Source: an uncultured Thermoleophilia bacterium
GTDB lineage: Bacteria; Actinomycetota; Thermoleophilia; Gaiellales; Gaiellaceae
Assembly: GCA_963817765.1 (NCBI GenBank)
Contig: CAWFPX010000010.1
Coordinates: 60,494-124,493, forward strand
DNA: 64,000 nt
Reading direction: 5' to 3'
Below are positions 23,586 through 33,372 of the stretch, one piece after another. Below the pieces are notes generated by a model. It ran no database searches. It was not told the DNA's origin and saw only the letters and a list, made by a program, of their open reading frames with translations. A program made the position numbers and the translations under genes. The first letter of the stretch is position 1. Every line of letters starts with the position of its first letter.

Positions 23586-24056
23586 TCAGCCGACGAAATT
23601 GGCGTTGAGGGAAGGGACAGGCTCCTCGACGTACTCGGCCGCGACCGGAACGACGATCACCGGGACGTGCGCGTCGTGGACGACCTCGGCCGAGACGCTC
23701 CCGGCCATCGCGCGGCGGAGCCTGCCGAAACCGTGGGTGCCGCAGACAATCGCGTCGGCCCCGATCTCATCGGCGACGTGAGCGATCGTGCGAGGAGTCG
23801 CGTGATGCGTCGTCTCGACCAGCAGTTCGACATCGACGCCTTCGGCGTTCAACTCATTGACCTGGGAGCGAATCTTCGCCTTCCGGTCGGTCTCGTCAGC
23901 AAGCAGGGGTGCTCCTCCGACGCGACCACCCCCGAAGCGCTGGTCGCAGAAGAAGGCCACGATGCGTCCACCGGGCTGGAGCAGGCTCCGCGCCTCGGCG
24001 AGCGCCACATCAGCTTCAGCCGATGCGTCCGTCGCCCAGAGAAGTGTCGCGTACAT
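23586..24056 (-). CDS. universal stress protein
   Basis: MYATLLWATDAS.. and C-terminal GTHGFGRLRRAMAGSVSAEVVHDAHVPVIVV. Start is Met98 of ORF 23586..24347. Confidence 0.85.
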   Translation of the reverse strand: MYATLLWATDASAEADVALAEARSLLQPGGRIVAFFCDQRFGGGRVGGAPLLADETDRKAKIRSQVNELNAEGVDVELLVETTHHATPRTIAHVADEIGADAIVCGTHGFGRLRRAMAGSVSAEVVHDAHVPVIVVPVAAEYVEEPVPSLNANFVG

Positions 24057-24384
24057 GACGACTCCTTTCGATCGACACCATCGTCCCGCACGGTGGTCCG
24101 CTCGGAATCGGCTAGAACCCCGATCGGCATGTGGTGAACTACGGGATCCCTGAGGACCGTCGACGATCTTCGCTTCGCGGAGTCGCAGAGTACGCGACGG
24201 TGCGTCGCAAGGATCGGATGACCCCGAATCCGCCCACCGATTCTCTGAGCACCGTCTCGACAGTTGCGATTGGCCCGAACGGTACGATCGGTAGTTCCCC
24301 ACACCTTCGATTTCGTGCCGGCACGGATGCCTCCGGGGGCGTCGCACAGAACCATTGCGGCTAACGACCGGAAAGGAGCTCCAG

Positions 24385-25449
24385 ATGACCTCAATGCTCG
24401 AACAGCCGAAGACGCTGACCGGTGCCGACGCGAAGACCTACCGCGCCGCCGTTGTCCATGACTTCGAAAAACCGCTCACAATCGACGAGATCGACAGGCC
24501 CGAGCTCGCGCACGGCCAAATCCTCGTGAAGGTCGAGGCCTCGGGTCTCTGCCATACCGACATCCACGCGGCTCACGGCGACTGGCCGGTCAAGCCGAGC
24601 CTGCCGTTCATTCCCGGGCACGAGGGCGTCGGGATCGTGGTCGCGCTCGGCCCCGAAGTGACCGAGGTCGAGCTCGGAGACCGCGTCGCGATGCCGTGGC
24701 TCGGCTATGCCTGCGGTGTTTGTGACTACTGCGTCTCCGGGCGCGAGACGCTCTGCCTCGAGCAGAAGAACACGGGTTACTCGATCGACGGCGGCTTCGG
24801 TGAGTACGCGCGGGCATATGCACGTTACGTCGTGAAGGTCCCGGCGAACGTCGACCCATTCGACGCTGCCCCGCTCACTTGTGCGGGCGTCACGACCTAC
24901 AAGGCCGTCAAGGTCGCCGGAACGAGGTCATCGGATCTCGTCGCCGTATTCGGGGTCGGCGGACTCGGCCACATGGCGATCCAGTACGCGCAGATTGCGG
25001 GTGGCCGGGTGATCGCGGTCGACCTCGTCGACGAGAAGCTCGACCTGGCCCGCGAGCTCGGCGCCGAGTTCACGGTGAACGCCGCCAAGGAGGATCCTGT
25101 CGCGGCGATCCAACGTCTCGGAGGTGCAGATCAGGCAATCGCCCTGGCAGTATCGCCACGGTCGTTCGAGCAGGCGTACGGATCGCTCCGGCGCGGAGGC
25201 ACGCTGGTCTTCGTTGCGCTTCCGGCGGACAACGAGATGATCTTGCCGATCTTCGAGACGGTGCTCCAGGGGATCACGGTCGTCGGCTCGATCGTCGGCA
25301 CCCGCACCGACCTGCGTGAGGTGTTCGAGCTTCACGCCGCAGGCAAGACCACGGTGACGCGCGAGATCAGGCCGCTCGACCAGGTGAACGAATCAATCGC
25401 CGATGTCGAGGCAGGTCGCGTGCCCGCGAGAATCGTGTTCTCGATGTGA
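24385..25449 (+). CDS. Zn-dependent alcohol dehydrogenase (AdhA-like)
   Basis: GLCHTDIHAAHGDWP, PGHEGVG, CGVCDYCVSGRETLC and GVGGLGH. RBS GAAAGGAG. Confidence 0.85.
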   Translation: MTSMLEQPKTLTGADAKTYRAAVVHDFEKPLTIDEIDRPELAHGQILVKVEASGLCHTDIHAAHGDWPVKPSLPFIPGHEGVGIVVALGPEVTEVELGDRVAMPWLGYACGVCDYCVSGRETLCLEQKNTGYSIDGGFGEYARAYARYVVKVPANVDPFDAAPLTCAGVTTYKAVKVAGTRSSDLVAVFGVGGLGHMAIQYAQIAGGRVIAVDLVDEKLDLARELGAEFTVNAAKEDPVAAIQRLGGADQAIALAVSPRSFEQAYGSLRRGGTLVFVALPADNEMILPIFETVLQGITVVGSIVGTRTDLREVFELHAAGKTTVTREIRPLDQVNESIADVEAGRVPARIVFSM

Positions 25450-25486
25450 GACGCGACTGCTCGCGGAAAACGCGGGAGACCAGAAG

Positions 25487-25517
25487 GCGGGGTGGCTTCG
25501 ATCCGAGGCCACCCCGC
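25487..25517 (+). terminator. hairpin after adh
   Basis: gcggggtggc ... gccaccccgc (10-bp stem). Confidence 0.45.
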
Positions 25518-25558
25518 GAAGGACGGGATACGGATCTCACCAAGGAGATGCAGCAACG

Positions 25559-26104
25559 ATGATTAGTCCGCTGCTTGTGACCTACGCTTCGAAGCGGGGC
25601 TCGACCAAGGAGGTCGCGGAGGCAATCGCTGAGACGCTCCGCGAGCACAATCCCGACGTCGAGCTCCGACCAGCGACTGACGTCGTGCGCCTGGAGGACT
25701 ACAGCGGTGTCGTTCTCGGTGGGGCCCTCTACACCGGGCGGCTGCACAGAGACGCGCGCACCTTTCTCAGGAGAAATCGCGCTGAGCTTGTTTCGTTGCC
25801 GTTTGCGGTGTTCGCGATGGGACCAAAGACGATCGGGACGACCGAGCTCGCCGGATCGCGAGCACAGCTCGATCGAGCACTCGCCGCCGTGTCGGAGGTC
25901 GAGCCGATCTCCGTCGCGATCTTCGGCGGCGTTGTCGACCCGGCGAGGCTGCGTTTTCCGTTCAACCGCATGCCTGCAACCGATGCCCGGGACTGGACGG
26001 CGATCCGAACCTGGGCGGATGAGCTCTCGAGACTCCTTGCGCGACCCGCCGAGGAAACGCTTCCGCCCGGCGAGGTATCGACCGCAGCCGCTCTCACGGA
26101 CTGA
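25559..26104 (+). CDS. flavodoxin-domain protein
   Basis: LVTYASKRGSTKEVAEAIAETL.. flavodoxin-like N-terminus. Met53 of ORF 25403.., RBS AAGGAG. Confidence 0.6.
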   Translation: MISPLLVTYASKRGSTKEVAEAIAETLREHNPDVELRPATDVVRLEDYSGVVLGGALYTGRLHRDARTFLRRNRAELVSLPFAVFAMGPKTIGTTELAGSRAQLDRALAAVSEVEPISVAIFGGVVDPARLRFPFNRMPATDARDWTAIRTWADELSRLLARPAEETLPPGEVSTAAALTD

Positions 26105-26183
26105 CCTGGTGGCTGAGCAACTGACTGCCGTAGCGCGGGGACGTGAGCAGACGCCTGGTCGTCCCAGAGCCTCGCCCTTGCTG

Positions 26184-26549
26184 ATGATCGAGCTCGTGGT
26201 GGCGGTGAACGCACTCGGCGGAGGGATCTACGGGCTCATGGGCGCGAAGGGTGTACCGCGAGAGTGGCTTGAAGGCACACCATTTCGCAGCTACCTGATC
26301 CCGAGCCTCGTCCTGCTCGTTGCGGTCGCAGGTAGCGCCGCCGTCGCCGCGGCCGCACTCATCGCCGCTCACGAGCGCGCTTCGGAAGCCGGCATCGTCG
26401 CCGGCGTGACTTTGATCGGCTGGATCGTTGTGGAGACCGTGGTCATTCCCTTCAGCTGGCTTCAACCGACCTTTTTCGCGATCGGCATCGCGATCGTTGG
26501 GCTCGGCCTGCGCCGCCGTGCACAGTTGCAACGAGATATCCGGTCGTAG
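26184..26549 (+). CDS. small integral membrane protein
   Basis: Four predicted hydrophobic helices (LVVAVNALGGGIYGL, LIPSLVLLVAVAGSAAVAAAALI, IVAGVTLIGWIVV, FFAIGIAIVGLGL). Confidence 0.5.
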   Translation: MIELVVAVNALGGGIYGLMGAKGVPREWLEGTPFRSYLIPSLVLLVAVAGSAAVAAAALIAAHERASEAGIVAGVTLIGWIVVETVVIPFSWLQPTFFAIGIAIVGLGLRRRAQLQRDIRS

Positions 26550-26620
26550 CAGCACGGGGAGGAGAGCCAAGCGAGACCCTCTCAAGTTGCAGTAGCCGCT
26601 GGCCTCCAGCGGGTGCAGGC

Positions 26621-26911
26621 TCAGACGGTTTCCGCCCGCGAAGCCCAGTCTCGCTTGGCCTCCTCCTCCATTTGTTCCAGCCGCGTGTAGTAGTCCGCGA
26701 ACTCGTTCAGGTGTGCGCGCGCGATCTTGCCGGTGACGTGCGGGTCGTCGCCGGTGACGTTCGTGGCAAGGTCGTGCAGGCCGTGCTCCAGTTCGACGTT
26801 CATTCCGACACGGAACTCCTCGACGTCGAACGGTGAGCTCTCCCAGTCGATGCCGATCTCTTCGCCGACTCGTCTTGCTTCCTCAGTTGTGAAGCTCTGC
26901 CCCTTAAACAT
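26621..26911 (-). CDS. conserved hypothetical protein (NVELEHG motif; DUF5661-like from memory)
   Basis: 96-aa acidic ORF with good RBS (GAAGGAGG). Family name is recalled, not verified. Confidence 0.45.
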   Translation of the reverse strand: MFKGQSFTTEEARRVGEEIGIDWESSPFDVEEFRVGMNVELEHGLHDLATNVTGDDPHVTGKIARAHLNEFADYYTRLEQMEEEAKRDWASRAETV

Positions 26912-27055
26912 CTGAAGCCTCCTTCGTGATCAGCTTGTGACGGGCAGCGACTCCCACCCGCATCTGGCCCGCCAGAACCGCCGTGCCAAGATCACCTCGA
27001 CGGGCTGAGGCCTGATCTTGCTTCGTACCTTTGCGCAGCTCCGGTCCTTTCGGAA

Positions 27056-27313
27056 TCAGTCGTGTTCGGGCTTGCGGAGCCCGTACTTCGCCACGGCCCA
27101 GGTGCCGATAGTCGCGAAGAGCGCCACGGCGACTGCTGACGGGACGCTCGAGCTCGTGCCACCGGGTGTGATAGAGGTGATGTTCGGCCCGAACATTGCG
27201 TCGAACAGCACCGCGAGCCACATCACTGTGATCGCCAGCGACGCCCACATCTCCGTGATCCGAAGCCAAGCGAAACGGCTGTCGACCGAGGACGCGTGCG
27301 AAGTCACACTCAT
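27056..27313 (-). CDS. small membrane protein
   Basis: ATG at 27313 preceded by GGAAGGAGG. Two hydrophobic helices (MWASLAITVMWLAVLF; AVAVALFATIGTWAVA). Confidence 0.5.
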   Translation of the reverse strand: MSVTSHASSVDSRFAWLRITEMWASLAITVMWLAVLFDAMFGPNITSITPGGTSSSVPSAVAVALFATIGTWAVAKYGLRKPEHD

Positions 27314-27642
27314 TTTTTCGGCCTCCTTCCTTCGAGGCCAGCGTGGCACGCGGTGGCCCGGAGGGCATCCGCGAAAATGCTGAACCTGGCTCGGTAGATC
27401 ATCCAGCCACTTGCTCTTCAGCACGCCAAACGGCGTACGCACTGAGTTCTGATACGGGGATCTACGGTTTCGAAGCTGGGAGTTCCCCGGATGCGGACGG
27501 AGCTTCTTGCCGGCAATCTGGGCGGTGCAACAGATCGGAGTCGTCGGTAGGACAAACGCCGAGCCCGACCACCGGAGGCAGAACCCATCCAAACGCGGTG
27601 GCTCGACGCAACGAAATCGAACCGGTCTGGCGAAGGTCACCT

Positions 27643-27670
27643 GGGCCCGCGAAGAGCGGGCCCTTTTTCT
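27643..27670 (+). terminator. canonical intrinsic terminator with no ORF upstream
   Basis: gggcccgc-gaaga-gcgggccc followed by TTTTTCT. The only clear T-tract terminator I saw in the window. Confidence 0.65.
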
Positions 27671-27993
27671 GCGGGTCCGCACGGAGCGCGGGACCGCGAA
27701 TCGACCGATGCCCTGCTGCCGACCCGGGCGGACGATGCTTCCGGCCGCGTCTGCCATCATCCGCGCAGTTCCTGCACCTGCCGGTGGGCTTTGAACGCCA
27801 GGCCCCTTTGTGGTGACCGTCGATCTCGCAAGCGTTCGCAAGAGGAAGAGCGAGTAAACGATGGTCCACGCCCGCGTTCCTCGACTTGCAGCGAGCATCA
27901 ATCATCGACATTGCTCCAGAACCCGTAGAAGTGCGCGCTGCACCGGGGAGAATCTCGGACTGCGTGCGGTTTGTTTGGTGACGATGCTTCGGC

Positions 27994-28200
27994 ATGCTTG
28001 ATGAGGTGGAGCTGACGGAACGGGAGCGGGTGGCAGCGGTGATGCTTGCGTACGGGCACACCAATCGCGAGGTCGCGCGCCAGTTGCGGGTGTCCGTCCG
28101 CACGGTTGAGTCGGAACGTGCTCGGGTCATGCGGAAGCTCGGTTTCCAGCAGCGGGCGCAGCTCGTGCGTTGGGCGCTCGAGCGCGGTCTTTTGCGCTAG
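27994..28200 (+). CDS. 68-aa GerE/LuxR-type HTH-only protein (copy 2)
   Basis: Differs from copy 1 by Q6E. Four of the five nucleotide differences are synonymous. Confidence 0.75.
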   Translation: MLDEVELTERERVAAVMLAYGHTNREVARQLRVSVRTVESERARVMRKLGFQQRAQLVRWALERGLLR

Positions 28201-28340
28201 ATGGCCGTCCCGACAAATGTGGGAAACCCGAAATGCGGTTCCGCACGCGCCACGATGGCGCGGAGCAGCGCTGAGCCGAGACTCCTCGAAACGGTCGAAG
28301 GCGATGAGAGCGTCGGCCCTGAAGAGAAGGAGTAGGGAAC

Positions 28341-29009
28341 ATGCGTAAGTTTTTCGAAATCGGTGGGCTCGTCGCAGCCGTCGTCCTGATCGCCTTCGGT
28401 GTCGTGACGATCGCGATGGGCGTCAATGGCCGTGACACGGTGGCTTCGTCGCTGAAGACCGAGCAGATCACCGGGACGCCTGACATGACGCCGGCCGGGA
28501 TCACCGCCGCGGCGCAGAAGGCGAAGCTCGATCTGAGCACGATCTCGATTCCGTCTTGCTCGGTGGCCAACGAGGCGGTCAACACCGGGGCGAAGGCACG
28601 TTGCTTCGCGCAGTACATGCAGATTCATGCGCTGGAGGCGACCGGCGGGTTCGTCTATGCGCAGATGGGTCAGTTCCAGGCGAAGCCCGGAACGCCGAAG
28701 GCCGAGTTGACGCCTGACGGTGCCACCTCGAACAAGGAGTTCGCGGTCCTTGATCCGAAGACGCAGCAGCCCGTCGCCAACGGCGCCCGCAACGTCTGGG
28801 TGACGGAGACGGCGCTGACGACGGCCCTGAACACCTCGTTCATGGCCTCGCAGCTCGGGCTCTTCGCGATCGTCGTCGGGTTCGCGCTTCTGCTCAGCGG
28901 GTTCGGCTTCGCGATCCTCGCGATCGGCGGAGCACTCCGCAACCCCGAGACCGCCCTGACCTGGTTCTCCCACAAGCCGGCCACACCGACCGCGATCAAC
29001 CCGGCCTAA
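28341..29009 (+). CDS. bitopic membrane protein of unknown function (copy 2)
   Basis: Differs from copy 1 by K66T plus three synonymous changes. Confidence 0.7.
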   Translation: MRKFFEIGGLVAAVVLIAFGVVTIAMGVNGRDTVASSLKTEQITGTPDMTPAGITAAAQKAKLDLSTISIPSCSVANEAVNTGAKARCFAQYMQIHALEATGGFVYAQMGQFQAKPGTPKAELTPDGATSNKEFAVLDPKTQQPVANGARNVWVTETALTTALNTSFMASQLGLFAIVVGFALLLSGFGFAILAIGGALRNPETALTWFSHKPATPTAINPA

Positions 29010-29033
29010 ACCGCCAACCCCCAACCACCGCAA

Positions 29034-29061
29034 CGAGAAGGCCGCGCAAGCGGCCTTCTCG
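29034..29061 (+). terminator. 12-bp perfect hairpin after the membrane-protein gene (copy 2)
   Basis: cgagaaggccgc-gcaa-gcggccttctcg. Confidence 0.6.
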
Positions 29062-29119
29062 CCGTTCTCACGTGTTGACTCACCCGCCGTGGTTCCTGAG
29101 ACCGCGGCGTTGCGCGGAC

Positions 29120-29349
29120 GGACATGGCCGGTGTCAGACACGCGCACAAAACGGTGACGACTCGCCCACAGATGTGGCACCTACCCGCGACGAAACAGCT
29201 TCGGGGCTGGGTGCCGCGCGCGGACATGGCCGGTGTCAGACACGCGCGCGAAACCGTGACCAAACGTCCACTGGGGGGCGCTGCACTCGCGACGAAGCGG
29301 CTTGGGGGCTGGGCTCCGCGGCCGGACATGGCCGGTGTCAGACACGCGC
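29120..29349. repeat. tandem non-coding repeat array, 102-bp period (copy 2)
   Basis: Identical 26-nt core ggacatggccggtgtcagacacgcgc at 29120, 29222 and 29324. The inter-core 76 nt align without gaps at 52/76 identity. Confidence 0.85.
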
Positions 29350-29499
29350 ACGGGACAGTGACCGCACGCGCACGAAACAGTGACGACTCGTCGACGGGTG
29401 AGTCACCTGACAAGCGCGGTGCTGCCTCGCACGGGCGGCCGGCGCCGACGGTCGGACACCGGCCCGCGGCGCGCCGGCCGGACAATTCCTCCAGCAGGG

Positions 29500-30157
29500 C
29501 TATTCCTCCAGCAGAGCCCTGGGCGATCGCGTAGCGGACGAGCGCCGCGCGGCTCGAGAGGTGGAGCTTCGTCATGATGTGGGCGCGGTGCGTCTCGGCG
29601 GTGCGAACGGAGATGAAGAGCTGCTTCGCGATCTCCGAGTTCGTATAGCCGAGAGCAAGCAGCCGCAACACTTCGCGTTCGCGGTCGGACAGCGGGTCCT
29701 CGTCGGCCTTGCGCGCCGCCTCGGCCTCGGCGGCGATGAGCCTCGCGCCGAGCTCCGGATGGACGTAGCGCCCGCCACGCGCGACCTCGCGCACCGCAGC
29801 GACGACCTCGACGTCTGCCGCTTCCTTCAGGACGTAGCCGGTCGCACCGGCGGCGAACGCCTCGCGGACGTAGCGCGGGTCGTCCTGCATGGAGAGCACC
29901 AGCACCTTGGTGTCCGGATGCTCCTTCAGGAGCGTCGGAATCACATCGAGACCGCTGCCGCCTGGCATCACGACGTCCATGAGGATCACGTCCGGCTTGA
30001 GGCTGCGGGCTTCGAAGATCGCCTCGCGGCCGGAGTTGGCCTCGCCGACCGGTTCGATCCCGTCCTCCTGGTCGAGCAGCAGGCGGATGCCCGTGCGTAC
30101 GACAGCGTGGTCGTCGACGATCAGCACACGGACGGCCGGCTCCACGTTCGTGACCAT
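29500..30157 (-). pseudogene. NarL/DevR-type response regulator; 1-nt insertion near 29514 removes the stop
   Basis: VLIVDDHAVVRTG, DVILMDVVMPG, and HTH LSDREREVLRLLALGYTNSEIAKQLFISVRTAETHRAHIMTKL. The copy-1 remnant shows the native end AIAQGLLEE*; here the frame runs on to 29006. Confidence 0.85.
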
Positions 30158-30296
30158 AGCGCGAGCATTCGGGCGCTTGATCCGTGAAAACCCGCAGAAC
30201 GAGGTGGGCTGCCTCCTGATGGCGGCGGGCTCCGGCCGCTCTAGCCTGCGTGCATGACGGGGAGCTCTCGCGATCCTGTGGACGATCGGCACCGAG

Positions 30297-32192
<1,896 letters not shown>

Positions 32193-32234
32193 GTGACAGG
32201 GAGGCTAGTCGGCCCGAGGCGTAGGCGTCTATGC

Positions 32235-32270
32235 GGCGGCCTCCACGTCCGCGAGGACGCGGAGGCCGCC
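32235..32270 (-). terminator. 16-bp hairpin after the tandem-USP gene
   Basis: ggcggcctccacgtcc-gcga-ggacgcggaggccgcc (one mismatch). Confidence 0.6.
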
Positions 32271-32287
32271 GCCCCTTTGGGGAGGGA

Positions 32288-33247
32288 TCAGTGAGCGAGC
32301 GCTGCTTCGCGCTCGCGCGGAGGCTCCACTGCCGTCGCGCGGCCGTGCACAACGAGCACCGGGCATGGTGCGTCGTGCAGGACGGCGGTCGAGACGCTGC
32401 CGTGGATCATCCGGCCAAGGCGGCCCCAGCCGTGAGCCCCGATGACGACCAGGCGCGCCTGGGTCCTGGCGGCGGCGCCGCAGATCTCATCGGCGGGTTG
32501 GCCGTCGAGTGCCAGCGTCTCGCAGGTCACTCCCGCTTCCTCGATGCGCGATTTCACCGCGGCGAGCAGTTCGGCGACGTGAGCTGTCTCCACCTTGTGT
32601 AGGTCGGCCGCGATCTCCCCATAGCCGTAGTAGTTCCCGTAGGCCGGCAGGGTGAGGTGCGCGACGGATGCGACGACGAGCGTCGTCTCGAACGCTCGCG
32701 CAAGCGTGATCGCCTCGAGCGTTGCGTCCTCCGCCGACGGCGAGCCGTCCGTCGCGAGCAGGATTGGTTTCATGGCTTCTCCTTCGGTCGTTGGCGCCTG
32801 GCTGTGACCGGCCACGAGCACCGGGCAGGGCGCGTTCTCGGCGAGATCCTGCGAAACGCTGCCGTGGAAAGCACGACGGATCGGTCCCCAGCCGTGGGCA
32901 CCGACGACGATCACTCGAGCATCGTGCGCTCGCGCGAGCTCGCGAATCGCGTCTGCGACGGGTCCAGACCCCTGCACGGTCTCACAGGTGATGCCCGCGT
33001 CTGAGGCTGCAGCGCCAACCTCGGCGAGCGTCGCCGCGACCCGGTCGTGCTCGACCTGGACGAGCGTTGCAATTGCCTCGGGATTGCCGGCGAGAGCGTA
33101 CGGCGGGACGGAAACATTTGCCACCGAGATCGTGAGCAGCGGCACGGCGAGCTCCCGAGCGAGGCGGAACGCCTCGAAGGTCGCCTCAGCTGCATACGGA
33201 CTGCCGTCGGTGGCGAGCACGATCGGTCTCATGACGACTCCTTTCAT
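32288..33247 (-). CDS. tandem-domain universal stress protein
   Basis: Two USP domains, each ending G.HGWG......GSVS......PCPVLVV. Confidence 0.85.
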   Translation of the reverse strand: MKGVVMRPIVLATDGSPYAAEATFEAFRLARELAVPLLTISVANVSVPPYALAGNPEAIATLVQVEHDRVAATLAEVGAAASDAGITCETVQGSGPVADAIRELARAHDARVIVVGAHGWGPIRRAFHGSVSQDLAENAPCPVLVAGHSQAPTTEGEAMKPILLATDGSPSAEDATLEAITLARAFETTLVVASVAHLTLPAYGNYYGYGEIAADLHKVETAHVAELLAAVKSRIEEAGVTCETLALDGQPADEICGAAARTQARLVVIGAHGWGRLGRMIHGSVSTAVLHDAPCPVLVVHGRATAVEPPREREAALAH

Positions 33248-33372
33248 CTACGAGCTCAGTCTCGCGACAGGCCCTCGCGGTGGAATCGGGGGGCGCGCGG
33301 GAGCGAAACGCGTAGTTCTCCGCAACCATGCGGCGGCACGCTCCGATTCCGGAGGTCGACTGAAGGAGGACG

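Noticed and set aside
24057-24384. Mycobacterial-type DosR box (GGGAC-N4-GTCCC-like 20-bp palindrome) upstream of the USP/Hsp20 and ADH genes
   Set aside because: Only weak partial matches (gggatccc, gtcccgcacggtggtcc). The regulator's recognition helix also differs from DosR, so the Mtb motif is not expected to apply.
27400-27670. Known structured RNA (tmRNA, RNase P, SRP RNA) or a tRNA fragment (gaaatcgaaccgg)
   Set aside because: None of the hallmark motifs I know were present: the GGAAGCAGCC-type SRP motif, GAGGAAAGTCC of RNase P, or the tmRNA tRNA-like end. The tRNA-like string lacks complementary T-stem and acceptor arms.
21439-29061. Insertion sequence or composite transposon explaining the duplication
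   Set aside because: No transposase, integrase or recombinase ORF, and no terminal inverted repeats at the identity boundaries. The repeats are direct and contain ordinary genes.
29120-29349. CRISPR array
   Set aside because: The period is 102 nt rather than about 60-75. The inter-core segments are homologous to each other (52/76 identical without gaps) rather than unique spacers. There are only 3 units and no cas genes in the window.
29006-29534. Coding repeats, since 102 nt = 34 codons. Candidates were a TALE/TPR-like protein on the plus strand (DMAGVRHAHETVT..), or Cys-rich RiPP-like cores (VTVxCACLTPAMS) on the minus strand continuing the frameshifted regulator.
   Set aside because: The 25 substitutions between units 1 and 2 fall 9/9/7 across the three codon phases, with no third-position bias. 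There is no RBS, the peptides are Arg/Pro-rich, and the minus-strand read-through exists only because of a 1-nt insertion that is absent from the copy-1 remnant.
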